From: Octopus vulgaris
Lineage: Eukaryota
Direction of reading: 5' to 3'
Length of the DNA stretch: 64,000 nt
NCBI GenBank assembly: GCA_951406725.2
Contig: OX597838.1
Span: 8,122,001 to 8,186,000, forward strand
In this document: one piece after another, positions 11,846 to 25,180 of the stretch
Layout of the letters: each line of letters opens with the position of its first letter
Position numbering within the stretch: the first letter of the stretch is position 1
Notes under the pieces: generated by a model
Databases searched by the model: none
Told to the model about the DNA's origin: nothing
What the model saw: the letters and a program-made list of their open reading frames with translations, nothing else
Position numbers and translations under genes: made by a program

Positions 11846-11954
11846 TCGAGATGACAAGGGAATGACCACAAGGAAAGAAAATAACCGCGCGATGCCATGT
11901 TGAAGCCGGGAATTTACACAGATTGGATTTGATGTCTCGTGTTGCTATGGAAAC

Positions 11955-12247
11955 GTCACTGTCACCATCGACATCGTCATCGCCATCACCATCGTCGTCG
12001 CCGTCATTGGCATCATTTTCATCGTCCCTATCCTCATCGTCGAGGTAGTTGACATCGACATCGACATCGTTGTTGACATCATCATCATCATCATCATTGT
12101 CATCATCATCATCACAATCAACGTCGTCGACGTTATCATCGTCATTGATTTTGACCTCATTGTCATCATCATCATCATCATCATCGTCATCGTCATCGTC
12201 ACCATCATCACCATCATCATCATCATCATCGTCGTCGTCATCGTCAC

Positions 12248-12289
<42 letters not shown>

Positions 12290-12375
12290 TATCATCATCA
12301 TCGTCATCATCACCATTGACATAATCATCACCACCACCACCATCATCATCATCGTCGTCATCGCCGTCATCGTCG

Positions 12376-12414
<39 letters not shown>

Positions 12415-12470
12415 ACAGCAGCATAATCGTCGCCATCATCACTAGCATCTTTCAACGCCATCACCAATAC
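11955..12470. repeat. (CAT/CGT)n trinucleotide array
   Basis: Direct reading; source of the poly-D/M/S ORFs. Confidence 0.95.
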
Positions 12471-12849
12471 CCACACAAACCCCCACGCTGATAACTGGTA
12501 CCTAGACGCAGTTGATCGACCCGTTAGTCATAGCAGTTTGAATTTCCCTCCAATCATAGCCTGACGTCTTAAATGTGGAACGACACTTTAGACAATGTAA
12601 TTCTTTAATATATTAAGACATGATGGTCATGGCCAGCACGCCTTTCCTCACCACCGCATCACCAACAGCCTCGCCACTGCATCAGGTCCATGCAGAGTCA
12701 CTCAACCTGCTAAAACTAGCAGCCAAATCTCCTCCTTCAAATTGCGCCGTTGTTGCTTTAAACTTGGACGTAAGGAATAATGAAGTGGCCAGACGTTCCG
12801 CTGTAAATAAGGTGGGATGGTCACGGCTGGAATGCCTTAGGTCATAGCC

Positions 12850-12878
12850 TATTGGTGGTGGTGGTGGTGGTGGTGGTG

Positions 12879-12938
<60 letters not shown>

Positions 12939-13574
12939 TCGTTGGTAGTGGTTGGGAGAGTGACTGCTGAGGTATTGGTGTGGTGGTGGTATTGGTGGTG
13001 GTGAGTGGTGGTGTTGATGGCGGAAACGGTAGTGCTGCTGCTGCTGCACCTGGTGGCGGTGGTGTTGCTGACGATGACGGTGGTGGTGGTGGTGGTCGGT
13101 GGTGGTGGTGTTAGTGGTGGTGGTGGTGGTGGTGGTGGTGGTGGTGGTGGTGGTGGTGGTGGTGGTGGTGGTGGTGGTGTTAGTGGTGGTGGTGGTGGTG
13201 GTGGTGGTGGTGGTGGTGGTGGTGGTGGTGGTGGTAATTTGACTGAGGTTATTGGTGAAGGGTAGAGGAAGGGTTAGGGTAGACGGATGGGTGAGATGGT
13301 GGTGTGGGTGGCGGAGGTGACTGTAATGTGACAGAGAAGGGATCGGGGTGGGGTAATATTAGAGGTGAGGTGGAGCTACTGTAGATGTTTTTTTTACTGG
13401 TACTGATGATGGTGGCGATGGTTGTGATGGTGGTGGTGGTGGGGGCACAAGGGTGGTTCTGAGGGTTGTTGAGGGAGGCGGGCGGGGAGCGATTGAAGGT
13501 GAATGAGATAAACTGGGGAATGAATGAGTGAACGATAGAGATGAATTGAGGCAGAATAAGAGAGAGAGAGAGAG

Positions 13575-13621
<47 letters not shown>

Positions 13622-13790
13622 GAGAAAGAAAGAAAGAAAGAAAGACAGAAAGAAAAAAGAAAGAAAGAAAGCAAGTAAACAAAATGAAAGAGAAAGAAAG
13701 ACAGAAAGAAAGAAAGAAAGATAGAAATAAAAAAGAAAGAAAGAACGAAAGAAAGAAAAAAAGAAAGAAAGAAAGAAAGAAAGAGGGACA
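12850..13790. repeat. (GGT)n/(TAG)n arrays followed by (GAAA)n purine tract
   Basis: Direct reading. Confidence 0.9.
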
Positions 13791-14281
13791 ACGAAGCGAA
13801 GCGGGAGAGGTTTAGGCGACAAGTCAGAAATGGCCTTCCACTTTCGACAAATTCCCGGCATGCTCTGCCAATATCACGTGTCATATCCAATTTGGATGCG
13901 ACTAATGCATTTTAGTGATTCGATTAGGGTTGGCCCTGGTCGCTAATTGCTTTTGCCTAGACGTCAGTTGGGTGGGGGTGGCGGTGGCGATGAGGGTGGA
14001 AGCGGTGGCGGCGGCGGTAGGTGGTTAGTGGAGGTGGTGGTGGTGGTGATGGTGGTAGATGTGGAGGTGGAGGGCAGTGGACCTTTTTGCTCACCGTGAT
14101 GTGTGCACAAGATCTAGGGGTAGTGGGACAGATCGTCACCCGCCTAATCTAGCCGACCTTTTAGTATAGTTGCGCACGACAGCACGCTCACGGACACACT
14201 GACACACACACACAACACACGCACAACACATTCCATGTATACACATTTTCACGTACATTCACTCATATAAAAACCTCCTTC

Positions 14282-14321
<40 letters not shown>

Positions 14322-14633
14322 CACACACATACACGCATGACCTACGTGCGCATTTATTCGTAAGTTCAAAGCGAAAGAGATAACACGAAAAACCGTGTTG
14401 TACAAAGCCAGGCGCGGTTATAGAGTCACGTATGCATATCCATGCACTCATGTGTTTATACAAGCATGAATAAATTAGGTTTCCGCGTGAACATATGCAT
14501 GCGTGCAAGGGAAGTGTGTGTGTGGGTGCATATATGCATCTATAAGTATGCTCACATGCATACGTATGTGCATATATATATCCACATGCATGTATGTAGG
14601 TATGTGTACGCATATATATGTGTGCGTGTATGT

Positions 14634-14646
14634 ATAGATAGACAGG

Positions 14647-14687
<41 letters not shown>

Positions 14688-14746
14688 TGATAGATAGATA
14701 GATTGATAGATAGATAGATAGATAGATAGATAGGTAGACAGATAGG

Positions 14747-14795
<49 letters not shown>

Positions 14796-14818
14796 TGATA
14801 GATAGGTAGACAGATAGG

Positions 14819-14854
<36 letters not shown>

Positions 14855-14919
14855 CAGACAGATAGATAGATAGATAGATAGGTAGACAGATAGGTAGATA
14901 GATAGATAGATAGATAGAC

Positions 14920-14978
<59 letters not shown>

Positions 14979-14999
14979 CAGGCAGACAGATAGACAGAC

Positions 15000-15060
<61 letters not shown>

Positions 15061-15091
15061 CATACATAGATAGATAGATAGATAGATAGGC

Positions 15092-15126
<35 letters not shown>

Positions 15127-15136
15127 TAGATAGATA
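14634..15136. repeat. About 500-bp (GATA)n/(GACA)n microsatellite forming the 3' flank of the LINE
   Basis: Direct reading; GATA repeats resume at 21278-21332 on the other side of the LINE. Confidence 0.95.
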
Positions 15137-15435
15137 ACTTTCTTTTATTAGCCACACAGGGCTGAATACAGAGGGGACAAATACAAATGCAGAGCTTTTC
15201 TTTTCGAGGGTGGAAAAATAAAAATGTAAGATTGCGATCAAAAGGGATCGAAAGGAGGAAAAAAAGGAAAAAAAAGAAAATCGTGTATCACAGAAATAAT
15301 GGTGTAAACATTGATATAACAAGATTGGGTTCATCCGTGGGAAGAAAAGCCTACAGAAAAGACCACGGGAACCCCAGTCAGGGAGAAAATAAACACATGA
15401 GGTCAAAAATGCTCTCTTTCTTTCTTTTTTACGAT

Positions 15436-18400
15436 CTACAGGATCATGCTCAAAATGGTTTCGTTACTAGCACGCACCATCTTTGCAACATTCACCCATC
15501 TTTTTTTGAATCTTTCGCGAGACAAAACTTCCCTCTCCATTCTCACCTTCCTTTTCAAGTGGTACTTGAAAAAGTTGATGAGCGATTGGCCAGAGAGGTA
15601 AGTGTTTGTCTCTAATCCTTTCGCTCGAGTCCACCACACACATTCTTTCACCATGGCCACCAGTACGATGAAAACTGCCTTGCCTTCCCGGTTGAGGGAA
15701 GGGGGCGGAGCAATTCTCACGATAGACTCGGCCGATAGGCGGATTCGTCCCACACGTGACAGCAGCCGTTCGGCATAAGCCCACAGGTCGGAAATGGTTG
15801 GACATTGCACAAGTGCGTGCAGAACGGTTTCGTCGCTCTGACCGCATCTCGGGCAAGTCGGTCCAGTGTGTCTGGAACCGTGTCTGTAGAGCTTATCCCG
15901 AACAGGTAATGCTTCTCGATATCACTGCCAGGCCAGGGATCTTTGGTGATTGTTCATAGGTCCCGGCCCGAAAGTTGTCCTGAACAGGCGGGTCAGGTGT
16001 TCCTCGTCGACGCCCAGACTCTGCCCGAGTTCGTCGTCGCACCTCCCCTCCACTAATCCTCTATAGAATGCCTTTGTTGTGATGGAGTCGCACAAGTTCG
16101 ATCCCGGACGGCAGAGTTGCTTGAGAGCAACGCGACACTCACGGTGCCATTCGCCTAGCCTCGGTCTCTGCTTGATCCATGACTGTAGTTCGTCCAAGGA
16201 GACGAGCTGCGGGAAAGCGCGCCGCACAAAAGGCGACCACCCCTGTTCACCGTTGTCTATGAAGCGCCGGAGATGTCGCAGTCTCAGCGCATGTCTGCGC
16301 ATCATCAACCACGGCATGCCCAGCCCTCCATTTAGCGGGTGTTGGCAGCAAATGGATCGCCTAACCATCGGAACGTTTCCCTTCCACAAGAAGCGGAAGA
16401 GTATGCGTTCCAGTTTGGTGATGGTAGGGTCGGGACAAGGCACGACGGTCAGACGGTACTCGATGACGGATGCGATGTACGCGTTCGCCACCTCCGCCCG
16501 ACCTTTTAGGGATAGCTTTCTCTCAGTCCATTTCTGGGTGAGAGTAGCCACCCTAGTCGTTATCTCGCCCCAGTTCTTCTCCATTTGGAGGTCCGGACCG
16601 AACCAGACCCCGAGCAATTTAACCGGTCCGTCCGTCCAGCGTCCCACGATGGAGACGCTGTTGGACGGCATGGGCTTGCTTCTCCAGGTGCCGAGCCGCA
16701 AGCCCACTGACTTTTCCCGGTTAATTTTTGCTCCCGTTACCGCTTCGTATTCTTTCAGTGTCTCGCCGACCAGCTCGATGTGCTCGTAGCTCGACACTAT
16801 GACGGTGACGTCATCCGCGTATGCAGACACGCTCCTCCCGCATCCCAGCTCTCGTGGGATGCCCCTCAGCGTCGCCAGTTTCCGCAGTAGTGGCTCAAGA
16901 GTCAGTACATACAGCAGCGATGAGAGGGGGCATCCCTGACGAACCGAACGCATGATGTTAAAAGGTCTGGATAGATGACCATTTACGCGAACTACTGAGC
17001 GGATGCCGCTGTATAAGGCAGCGATCCAACCGCGGAAAACTGGACCGAAACCAGCCGCTTTGAGGACAGCCTCCAAGTAGTGATGGTCTACCCTATCGAA
17101 GGCTTTTGATTGATCCAAATTGATCAGCGCCCCACCCATGCCAGGATTTTTAACTACCCTGTCTATGATGTAGCGCATCAGATGGAGGTTGTCATGAATA
17201 CTTCTACCCGGCACGGCGCATGTTTGCGCCTTGTCGATTAGTTTCTTGATGACAAGCGCCAACCTCTCGGCTAACACCTTGGCCAAAATTTTCAAATCTG
17301 CGTTGAGCAGAGTGATGGGCCTGAAATTATCTATGACGTCCCCCTTGTTTGGGTCTTTCTTGATCAGTGCCACTGCTCCTCGCTTTACAAAAGCAGGAAT
17401 ACTCCCGTTCTGCTGCCAGTTGCAGTAGACAGCTGCCAAGACGCCTCCAAACAAGTCTGGCATATGAAAATAAAATTCGTAGGGCAGACCATCCAAGCCT
17501 GGTGACTTGTCTCTCGCGCAGCCTACCATCGCATCCTGTACGTCCGCAGCTGTGATAGGCTTTTCACAAGACTCCACCTCCCTTGCTGAGAGTCGTGGCA
17601 AGGCATGCAGGTAGGCACTAAAGTCCACTCTGCTTTCTGACTCACCACTTGTCCCAAACAGTTGGGTGAAGTGTTGTTGAAAAACCCCACACATCCTTTT
17701 AGGCTCGAGTAATTCGCGCCCCTGTTCATCTATAAGAGACTTGATGGTGGCTCTGTTGCCTCGTTGCGTCTCCACCACTCGGGCCTCTTGGGCGGCTCCA
17801 ACTCCTTCGTTCCTCAGAGCACGCATCCTAGCTCTGACAACGCATCCCTCGTGTTTGGCGTTGAGGTGTTGGTCGAGGGCCAATCTCGCCGCCAGTACGT
17901 TGGACGCGATGCCAGTTCTAAGTGCCTCTTCTAAAACCTTAACTAATTCTCCCTCTACTCTATTTCGGTCTAATGCTAGGGCTCTACTGTATCTGACTGA
18001 TTCTGCTTTAATCGCTTTTTTTAGGGCATACCACCATCTGTTGTTGATGATGGTACCCGTCAAAGCTCTCTTAACTAATGTGCTGATCCGGTCCCTGTAA
18101 ACCTGTCGTGCTGTAAAAGACGCGTTCAGTTTCCAGTAACCAGGACCCTGCCTATGTGTCTTATCTAAGTCAAGTGTACAAGTCACAAACTTGTGATCTG
18201 TGTAACTGACTATATGAAATTGTGGACAACCTACACTATTTTTATCTATTGTCCTACAGAATACTCTATCTAAGTATGATCTGGACGACCCGATGCGGTT
18301 ACTCCATGTCCACATTGGCACATTCGGGTGGTCCAGTCGGTACCTGTCAGACAGTTGGAAACGTCTGAGCAGGTCTTTGAGGCATTTGCATCCCCTTCTA

Positions 18401-18873
18401 TTGCTATCTCTGCCCACGTAGTCTAGATGCGTGTCCAGGGTGGCATTCCAATCCCCCACTAAAAGTAAAGGACGAGACGTTCCCATGAAAGACTCTAGAC
18501 GTCGAAAGAAATCTGGTCGGCCTGTTAAGGACGGAGCATAAACTGCTATCAGTCGAAAAGCACACTCATTGCTGCCATCGACATCCAAAACGACCAGCCT
18601 ACCCTCCGGGTCTAGGAAATTTGCTCTTACTTTGAGATCCAGACTCTTCCGGATAAGCACCGCGGTGCCACCTCCGCCCATTCTCGGTAGACACGGAGAA
18701 AAATAAATGTTGAAATGTGTACCGAAAATGTGCTGGAGTGCCCGCAAGCTGTGGAGTCTGGTCTCACTGATGGCTATGATATTCAGATTTAGTGACTTGA
18801 TGTCATTTAACAGGTAGCCTTGTTTCCAAGGCGACCCCAAGCCACGTACATTTATACTACCTATTCTGAGCAT
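15436..18873 (-). pseudogene. LINE ORF2 (AP endonuclease, reverse transcriptase, zinc finger) with one in-frame stop
   Basis: SINVRGL, SETR, VYAP, GDWNATLD, YLDRVF, TDHK (APE); GPGYWKLNAS; KSPGLDGLPYEFY, DQSKAFDRVDH, RQGCPLS, YADD (RT). TGA at 15922-15924, then in-frame YREALPVR...CPRCGQSDETVLHALVQC to a stop at 15436. Confidence 0.9.
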
Positions 18874-18915
18874 GTTCCGATAAAAGTGCAAAAAAGGAAA
18901 AGGAGAGAGAAAAGG

Positions 18916-21055
18916 TTACTTGTTTTCCGAAAGTTCTTTGTCTTTCACCTCACGGTCTTCTTCTATGAGGCTTTTATACAGTTTTTTTGATGAGTACTTT
19001 TGAAATCTCCCTACTGCATCAGGGTAAAGAGATTTCAGGGTGCTGTATGTGTTCTGTGTCACGTGTATTATTTTAATGTGTTGTGGTGGTGTTGTGTGTG
19101 GGTGGTTACTTGTTTTTATGTCGTTTTCAGTAATGTTAGTGTTTGACCTAATGTGTTCCATTAGGTCGTGGTTGTTTGTGTTTATGGCTGTCAACATTTT
19201 TGGGGGGTTTGATGATGGTGTGTTTGTGTTGATGTGTGTGTTTTCTGTGGATGTTTTTGTTTCGGGAGTGGTGTATCTTCCCGCTTTGTTTGTTGTTTTT
19301 TCTTTTCTTTTTTTCCCCTTTTTCTTCTCCCCCCTGTGGCTATTTGCCAATCTTCCGTGTCTTCTTCGTCTAATGACAGATCAGACGAATCGGAGTCTGG
19401 AAGAGGGAAAGTATTGGGGTCTATTGTCGACTGTGTTGGTTTTGTTGTTGGTGTTGGTTGGTGAGCGTTTGGTTGTGGTGTATGCGGTTTTGGATGTGGG
19501 GTTTGGGTATTTTGTGTTTGAGTGATTGTGGGTATTGTTGTGTTGTTTAGGGTCTCAATTTTGTGGGGATTTGGAGTTGTAATTGTTTCTTCATTTATGC
19601 TGGGTGTCTTTTGGCAGATGTCCTTGGTTTGGGAGTTGGTATATTCTTGGTTGTTGTTGTTGGTGATGCTGCTTCTGTTCTTGGTGCTGCAGTTGGTGTG
19701 GTTGTTTGTTTGGTGAGGTTTGTTCCTGCAAAAAGTGGTGTGGGTAGTAGACCTTGTTTATTTGTTTTTGTTTCCGGCTGCTGTTGTTTTCTTGCGGCAG
19801 ATTTGCAGTCTTTTTTGAGATGTTGCTCACTGCCGCATATGTAGCAACGTGGTCTTCTGCCATCGACGACCACATATAACTTGTGGTCGTCTGATACACA
19901 TATCTGGGTGGGTATTTTTTTTATATCTTCATGATGTATATGTAGAAGAAATTCTATTTTCTTTCCCACCCAGTTTTTATGCTCTGTGACTGTGGTTTCC
20001 AAAATAGTATAATTCGCCATTTTTATGCATAAAGCCTTTACAAGCCATAGACTATTGGCTATTTTGGGGACATTGTTTAGAGTGATCTTAGTCACTTTCT
20101 GTCCCCGATAGCTTGGTGTAAGTTGGAGTTCATCTGAGTGAAGAGTTAGCGTTGAGAAATGTCTAGCTAACTCTTCGGTGTAGAAAACGACTTGTATGTG
20201 GGCAAATTTGTTCCACCAGGTTACATATTCTTTGTGATCCCAGATGGGTTTCAGGCACTTCTCTATTTTGCCTGTGTTGGCCTTCTCTGGGATTTTTGTT
20301 TTTTTGTTAACTATTTTATAAATGATTGTTCGTCTTTTTTCATTTTCCAAAATATCTTCTGGTATGTTAATTTTTACGATACCTTCTGATTCTGTTATTT
20401 TGATGTTCGTGTCCTGTAATTGTTGAGCCGTAAAGTATATTGTTGTTTTTTTTTCTTTAATCGCCTCAGCGAAATTTGTTGTTGTTTTGTTATTGTTGTT
20501 GCTTGTGGTGATGTTGTTGTTGGCTGCAGTTTGTAAAATTGGTGTGTTAGGTTCGATCGTGCAAGTAGGAAGGGGTGGAAAATTGCCTGCGTACTTTAGT
20601 CCTGCACTAGGGCAAAATTCGACATTTCGTTTGCTTGTCGTCGTTATTTTTTCACTTGTTGGTGATGGAGTGAGCAGTGGTTGAAGGGAGTTGTTGTTGT
20701 CGTCGTTGTTGTTGTTGTTATTGTCGTTCTTGGTGACGGCTGTGGTGTTGGTAGTATTTGTAGCATTGACGGCACGGTCTTTGGTGGCGGTGATGGTGAT
20801 GTTGGTGTTGTTATTGGTGGCAATATCTTTAGTAGGGATAGCAGTTTTAGTAGCAGATTCTGCCATGGTGTTGGTGGTGGTGGTGGACTCACTGATGGTG
20901 TTGACGGTGCTTGGCCTTGCGACCTTTGTTTTGTATTTGTTGCTGTTGGTGGTGGTGGAGTTGTCAGGTTCGGCGTATGCTAACAGAGCATCCTGTTTTT
21001 CTGTTTCTCCGTCACGCTTGACTTGCAACTCAGCCTCGTGGTGGTCAGTGGCCAT
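18916..21055 (-). pseudogene. LINE ORF1 (gag-like, CCHC zinc knuckle) with two apparent frameshifts
   Basis: ATG at 21055 (MATDHHE) and RCYICGSEQHLKKDC knuckle. The frame stops at 19595, but T/P-rich coding continues in another frame (SINEETITTP...DEEDTEDWQIATGG) and shifts again near 19330 into ORF 18916..19350. Confidence 0.78.
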
Positions 21056-21277
21056 TTTGGAAATAAAATGGCTAAATGAAACCACGAAGGCTATGAGAAT
21101 TTTTTCTTTTAAATTTTGCCCACAAGGGGCAAAATTTTGTGTCGATATTTATCAAAGGTTTACAGTGGATGTTGTTGTACAACTTTTAAGCAAAAAATGT
21201 TTGTCAATATACACTTTTAAATAGTCAAAATAAATGATTACCTTCGGAGCCGAAACGACATCACATCCGTCAGTCAG

Positions 21278-21332
<55 letters not shown>

Positions 21333-21333
<1 letters not shown>

Positions 21334-21557
21334 TTCTTTACTACCCACAAGGGGCTAAACATAGAGGGGATAAACAAGGACAGACAAAGGGATTAAGTCG
21401 ATTACATCGACGCCAGTGCGAAACTGGTACTTTATTTATCGACCCCGAAAGGACTAAAGGCAAAGTCGACCTCGGCGGAAGTTGAACTCAGAACGTAACG
21501 GCAGACGAAATACGGCTACACATTTCGCCCAGCGCGCTAACGTTTCTGCCAGCTCAC
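21333..21557 (-). mobile_element. SINE family A copy in the same GATA/GACA array as the LINE
   Basis: Full head-to-tail homology with 10750-10970; flanked by (GATA)n and (GACA)n. Confidence 0.88.
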
Positions 21558-21561
21558 AGAC

Positions 21562-21596
<35 letters not shown>

Positions 21597-21628
21597 TAGG
21601 TAGATAGACAGACATTGAGATAGATAGG

Positions 21629-21678
<50 letters not shown>

Positions 21679-21775
21679 CAGACAGACAGAGACAGAGATA
21701 GGAAATTTAACTGGCGACTGTGGGTACTGTTACAGTTGATTTCGGAGTAAAGGCGAGTGAGAAAGATGGGTTACT

Positions 21776-21861
<86 letters not shown>

Positions 21862-21864
21862 CTA

Positions 21865-22078
21865 TACGAGAAGGTACTGAAAAGTTCCTGGTTTTGGGTA
21901 AAATAAAATAGGGGAGGACCAGTTAATTATGACTTTATTCAACATTTTCCTCTCTCAGATTCACAAACTTATTGCAGAGGTCCTTCAGTTTTTCTAAGCC
22001 CTGTATAAAAGAACTCGGAAGGATGGGCTTCAAACTAGGCCTTTCGCAATAGCCAAGAACTTTCCAGCGCTCCCTCGA
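21865..22078. mobile_element. Tc1/mariner-type MITE
   Basis: ta followed by tacgagaaggtactgaaaagttc, and inverted gaactttccagcgctccctcg at the right end; second copy at 6385-6588. Confidence 0.7.
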
Positions 22079-22238
22079 TCCCTCTCTTCCATCCTTTCTC
22101 CCTTTGTCTCTTAAAATCTTATCCTTTCTCTTCGTATAACTTCCGTTTACTTATTGTGTGCCACCAAGCCTAGGTTTTGCACCCGTCCTGCATCCTTTGC
22201 GTAAACTCCTCTCTGTATCCTCCATTCTACACTTTATG

Positions 22239-22294
<56 letters not shown>

Positions 22295-22309
22295 TCCTAT
22301 TCTTTACAC

Positions 22310-22598
22310 CAGTGGTTTCCAAAGTGAGGAGTACCACCCCCACCCCCACCTCCACCGTGCGGGTGGTGGAAGTTCCAGGAGGCATTGAAGAATAATGGGA
22401 TGACCAAAACGGGACAATGGATGTAAAAACAACAAACAAAATAAAGGGTTAATTAGGGTAGGTTCTATTTGTGAAATACTGTTGTTTTGAATTTGCTGCA
22501 GAAAATGGTCAATGTCTGCGATGGTGAGTGGAGGGGGCGCTAAGAATGTGGCCTTAGAACCAAGGGGGCGGCAGCCTGAAGACCTTTTGGGACCACTG
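22310..22598. mobile_element. hAT-type MITE
   Basis: Termini cagtggtttccaaa / tttgggaccactg; 8-bp TSD ctttacac (22302-22309, 22599-22606). Confidence 0.85.
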
Positions 22599-23709
22599 CT
22601 TTACACGAAGTGTGTCCAACTAACAAAGATTTCAATCATTTCTGATTGTGTATGGACAATAAGGTGGTGAGCTGACAGAATCGTTAGGATGCCGTGCACA
22701 ACGGTCAGCGATATTTCGTCTGTGTTCGAGTTCTGAGCTCAAATTCTGCCGGGGTCGACTTTGCCATGCTTCCTTTCGGGGGTGAAACACAGAGGTGGAT
22801 CTAATCGACTAATCCCCACCCAAACCTTGTGCCAAAATTTGAAACCATTATATAGAGACAAGAAATAGGCCTTTGTTCCACTTTTATTTTCGGTATAAAA
22901 TCGTTCACTGATTCGGATTTGGTTAATAGTCAGTCGTCACGCGCGAGCGAGTAGGGCTTACAAACACATACCATGTTTTTCTATGTCTCTTAGGTGTTTA
23001 TGTAGTAGTCCCAGGAAGACGCAGGCAACTACATTCACGGGCCCACACTTTGACCCAGCGGCACATAGAAAATGTGACATGTGAAAGCAGGGGGAGCTAC
23101 AGAAGAACTTGGTCGGTACTGAGTACATATATTCATACGTTCATATATAGACGCATACTTACATCCACACACATACACACATACATATGAATATTCACAT
23201 AAACACATACATACATACATACATACATACATACATACATACATACATACATACATACATACATACATACACACATACATACGTACGTACGTACATTGGA
23301 ATCAGGCGCAAAAGTTGACGACAATGGCGTGAGTTGGAGAAGCTACTTTTCGAACGATATCGGTTTAAGATGGCGGCGTGTCCGTCGCATGATCAACCGT
23401 CTGCACCTCCGCCATCTTGTTTCTACTCCCTCTCCCTCTTTCACACTCCCCCTTTGTAATTACGACTGAGGCGGTGATGGCGCTGGTGATGGTAACGTCG
23501 ACATGCTTACATTAATCGACGGCTCTGATATACTGGTGGTGTATGTGCGTGTGTTTGTGTATGTATGTGAGCGTATGTGCTTATGTGTCCACGTGTGTGT
23601 ATGTGTGTGTTTCTGTATGTATGTGTGTACGTGCGCATATGACCGTACGTGTATAAGTGTATGTACGTGCTTATCCGTATATGTGTATATATATGCGTGT
23701 ATGTATGTG

Positions 23710-23741
<32 letters not shown>

Positions 23742-24407
23742 TAAATATATATGTGTGTGTGTATGTGATTTTATCTATGTGTATATTTATTTCTGTTCGT
23801 TTATCAGTGTCTATATCTACATGTGTATATATATTCATGTGCGTTTATGTGTGTATATATATACGTACATTGCTCTGTGTGGTGGTTGTTGTTCTTGTTA
23901 TGATTTCTGAAACAGAGCGACCCGTGTTAGTTTGGGATACAAGAGCAGTGATGGAGATACGGCACCGTCGATGAAATTCGACCCTTCAATCCTTCTTCTC
24001 CCTTTTACCTCCCACTCCACACTCACTCCACATCTCCTTTCACCAACATCTATTTCTATGTTTTATTTCTTTTATTTCTTTTATTTATTTATATTTATAT
24101 TTTCACATTTCCATCAAACTTCTCTACAAACTTTCACTTCACAACCAAATGTTCAACTCGAAACCTGATCTCTTTACCACTGCTGTTCGCTCTTCAGCAA
24201 TAAAGAATCCCAGTTCTGTCGTTTTCTTCCTCTGAACCCTTTCCAAACCGGTGTAAAAAAAAGGGTATTTTTATTTTTCATTTAATATTTTGTTCTTAAT
24301 GATTTTTACATGTTTTTTTTTACTTCGCAAATAGATTTTTTTGTTCAAATCTTCTTTACATCGCTTTTCATTTTTCGTCAGCGATTTGTAACATTCAAAC
24401 TTAATTG

Positions 24408-24551
<144 letters not shown>

Positions 24552-24599
24552 CATATGTGTGTGTACATACATACATATATATATATATGTGTGTGTATG

Positions 24600-24657
<58 letters not shown>

Positions 24658-24754
24658 ATATTTATGTATATATATATCTGTGTGTGTGTGTGTGTGTTTG
24701 TTGTACACATATGCCATATACATACGCATAGATTGCTCAGTAAACTAGACTCAC

Positions 24755-24846
24755 CTGCTGCAGTGTAAACGTGGTTCGATTCCGTCTCTGCTTCCTCCTT
24801 GTGAATGTGTCATCGTGGATCTCTCCATGTAACCCGAAGGTTCCGT
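24755..24846 (-). CDS. Drgx: Drgx/Prrxl1-like homeobox gene, most 5' coding exon found (N-terminal arm of homeodomain)
   Basis: Acceptor ctttctcattgcAG, donor cag|GTGAGT. The 92 nt (phase 1 in, phase 0 out) translate to [31 protein letters not shown], matching the recalled DRGX N-terminus ([20 protein letters not shown]). Not in the ORF track in this frame. Confidence 0.93.
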
Positions 24847-24984
24847 CTGCAATGAGAAAGGAAGGAAGGATAGATAGATAGACAGACAGAGAGATATATA
24901 GATAGATAGATAGATAGATAGACAGAGAGATATATAGATAGATAGATAGACAGGCAGACAGACAAATAGACAGACAGATAGATA

Positions 24985-25069
24985 AGTTTCTTTATTGGCC
25001 ACACAGGGCTGCACACAGATGGGACAAGTTACAAGGTAGAGCTTTTCTTTTGGGGGATGAAAAAAACAA
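24985..25069 (-). mobile_element. 85-bp 3'-end fragment of a related Tx1-like LINE in (GATA)n
   Basis: tttctttattggccacacagggctg...agagcttttcttt matches LINE 3' end 15137-15215; GATA repeats on both sides. Confidence 0.85.
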
Positions 25070-25084
25070 GATAGATAGACAGGC

Positions 25085-25180
<96 letters not shown>

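Larger units (their letters stand above)
15137..21277 (-). mobile_element. Full-length L1/Tx1-clade non-LTR retrotransposon (about 6.1 kb) inserted in (GATA)n
   Basis: 5' UTR, ORF1 with a CCHC knuckle, ORF2 with APE, RT and C-terminal CCHC, and a 3' UTR ending aataaaagaaag. GATA repeats on both flanks. Confidence 0.92.

Noticed and set aside
16079-18100. Plus-strand ORFs over the LINE (and 8804..9286 over the CR1)
   Set aside because: Antisense shadows of the RT ORFs with no recognisable motifs.
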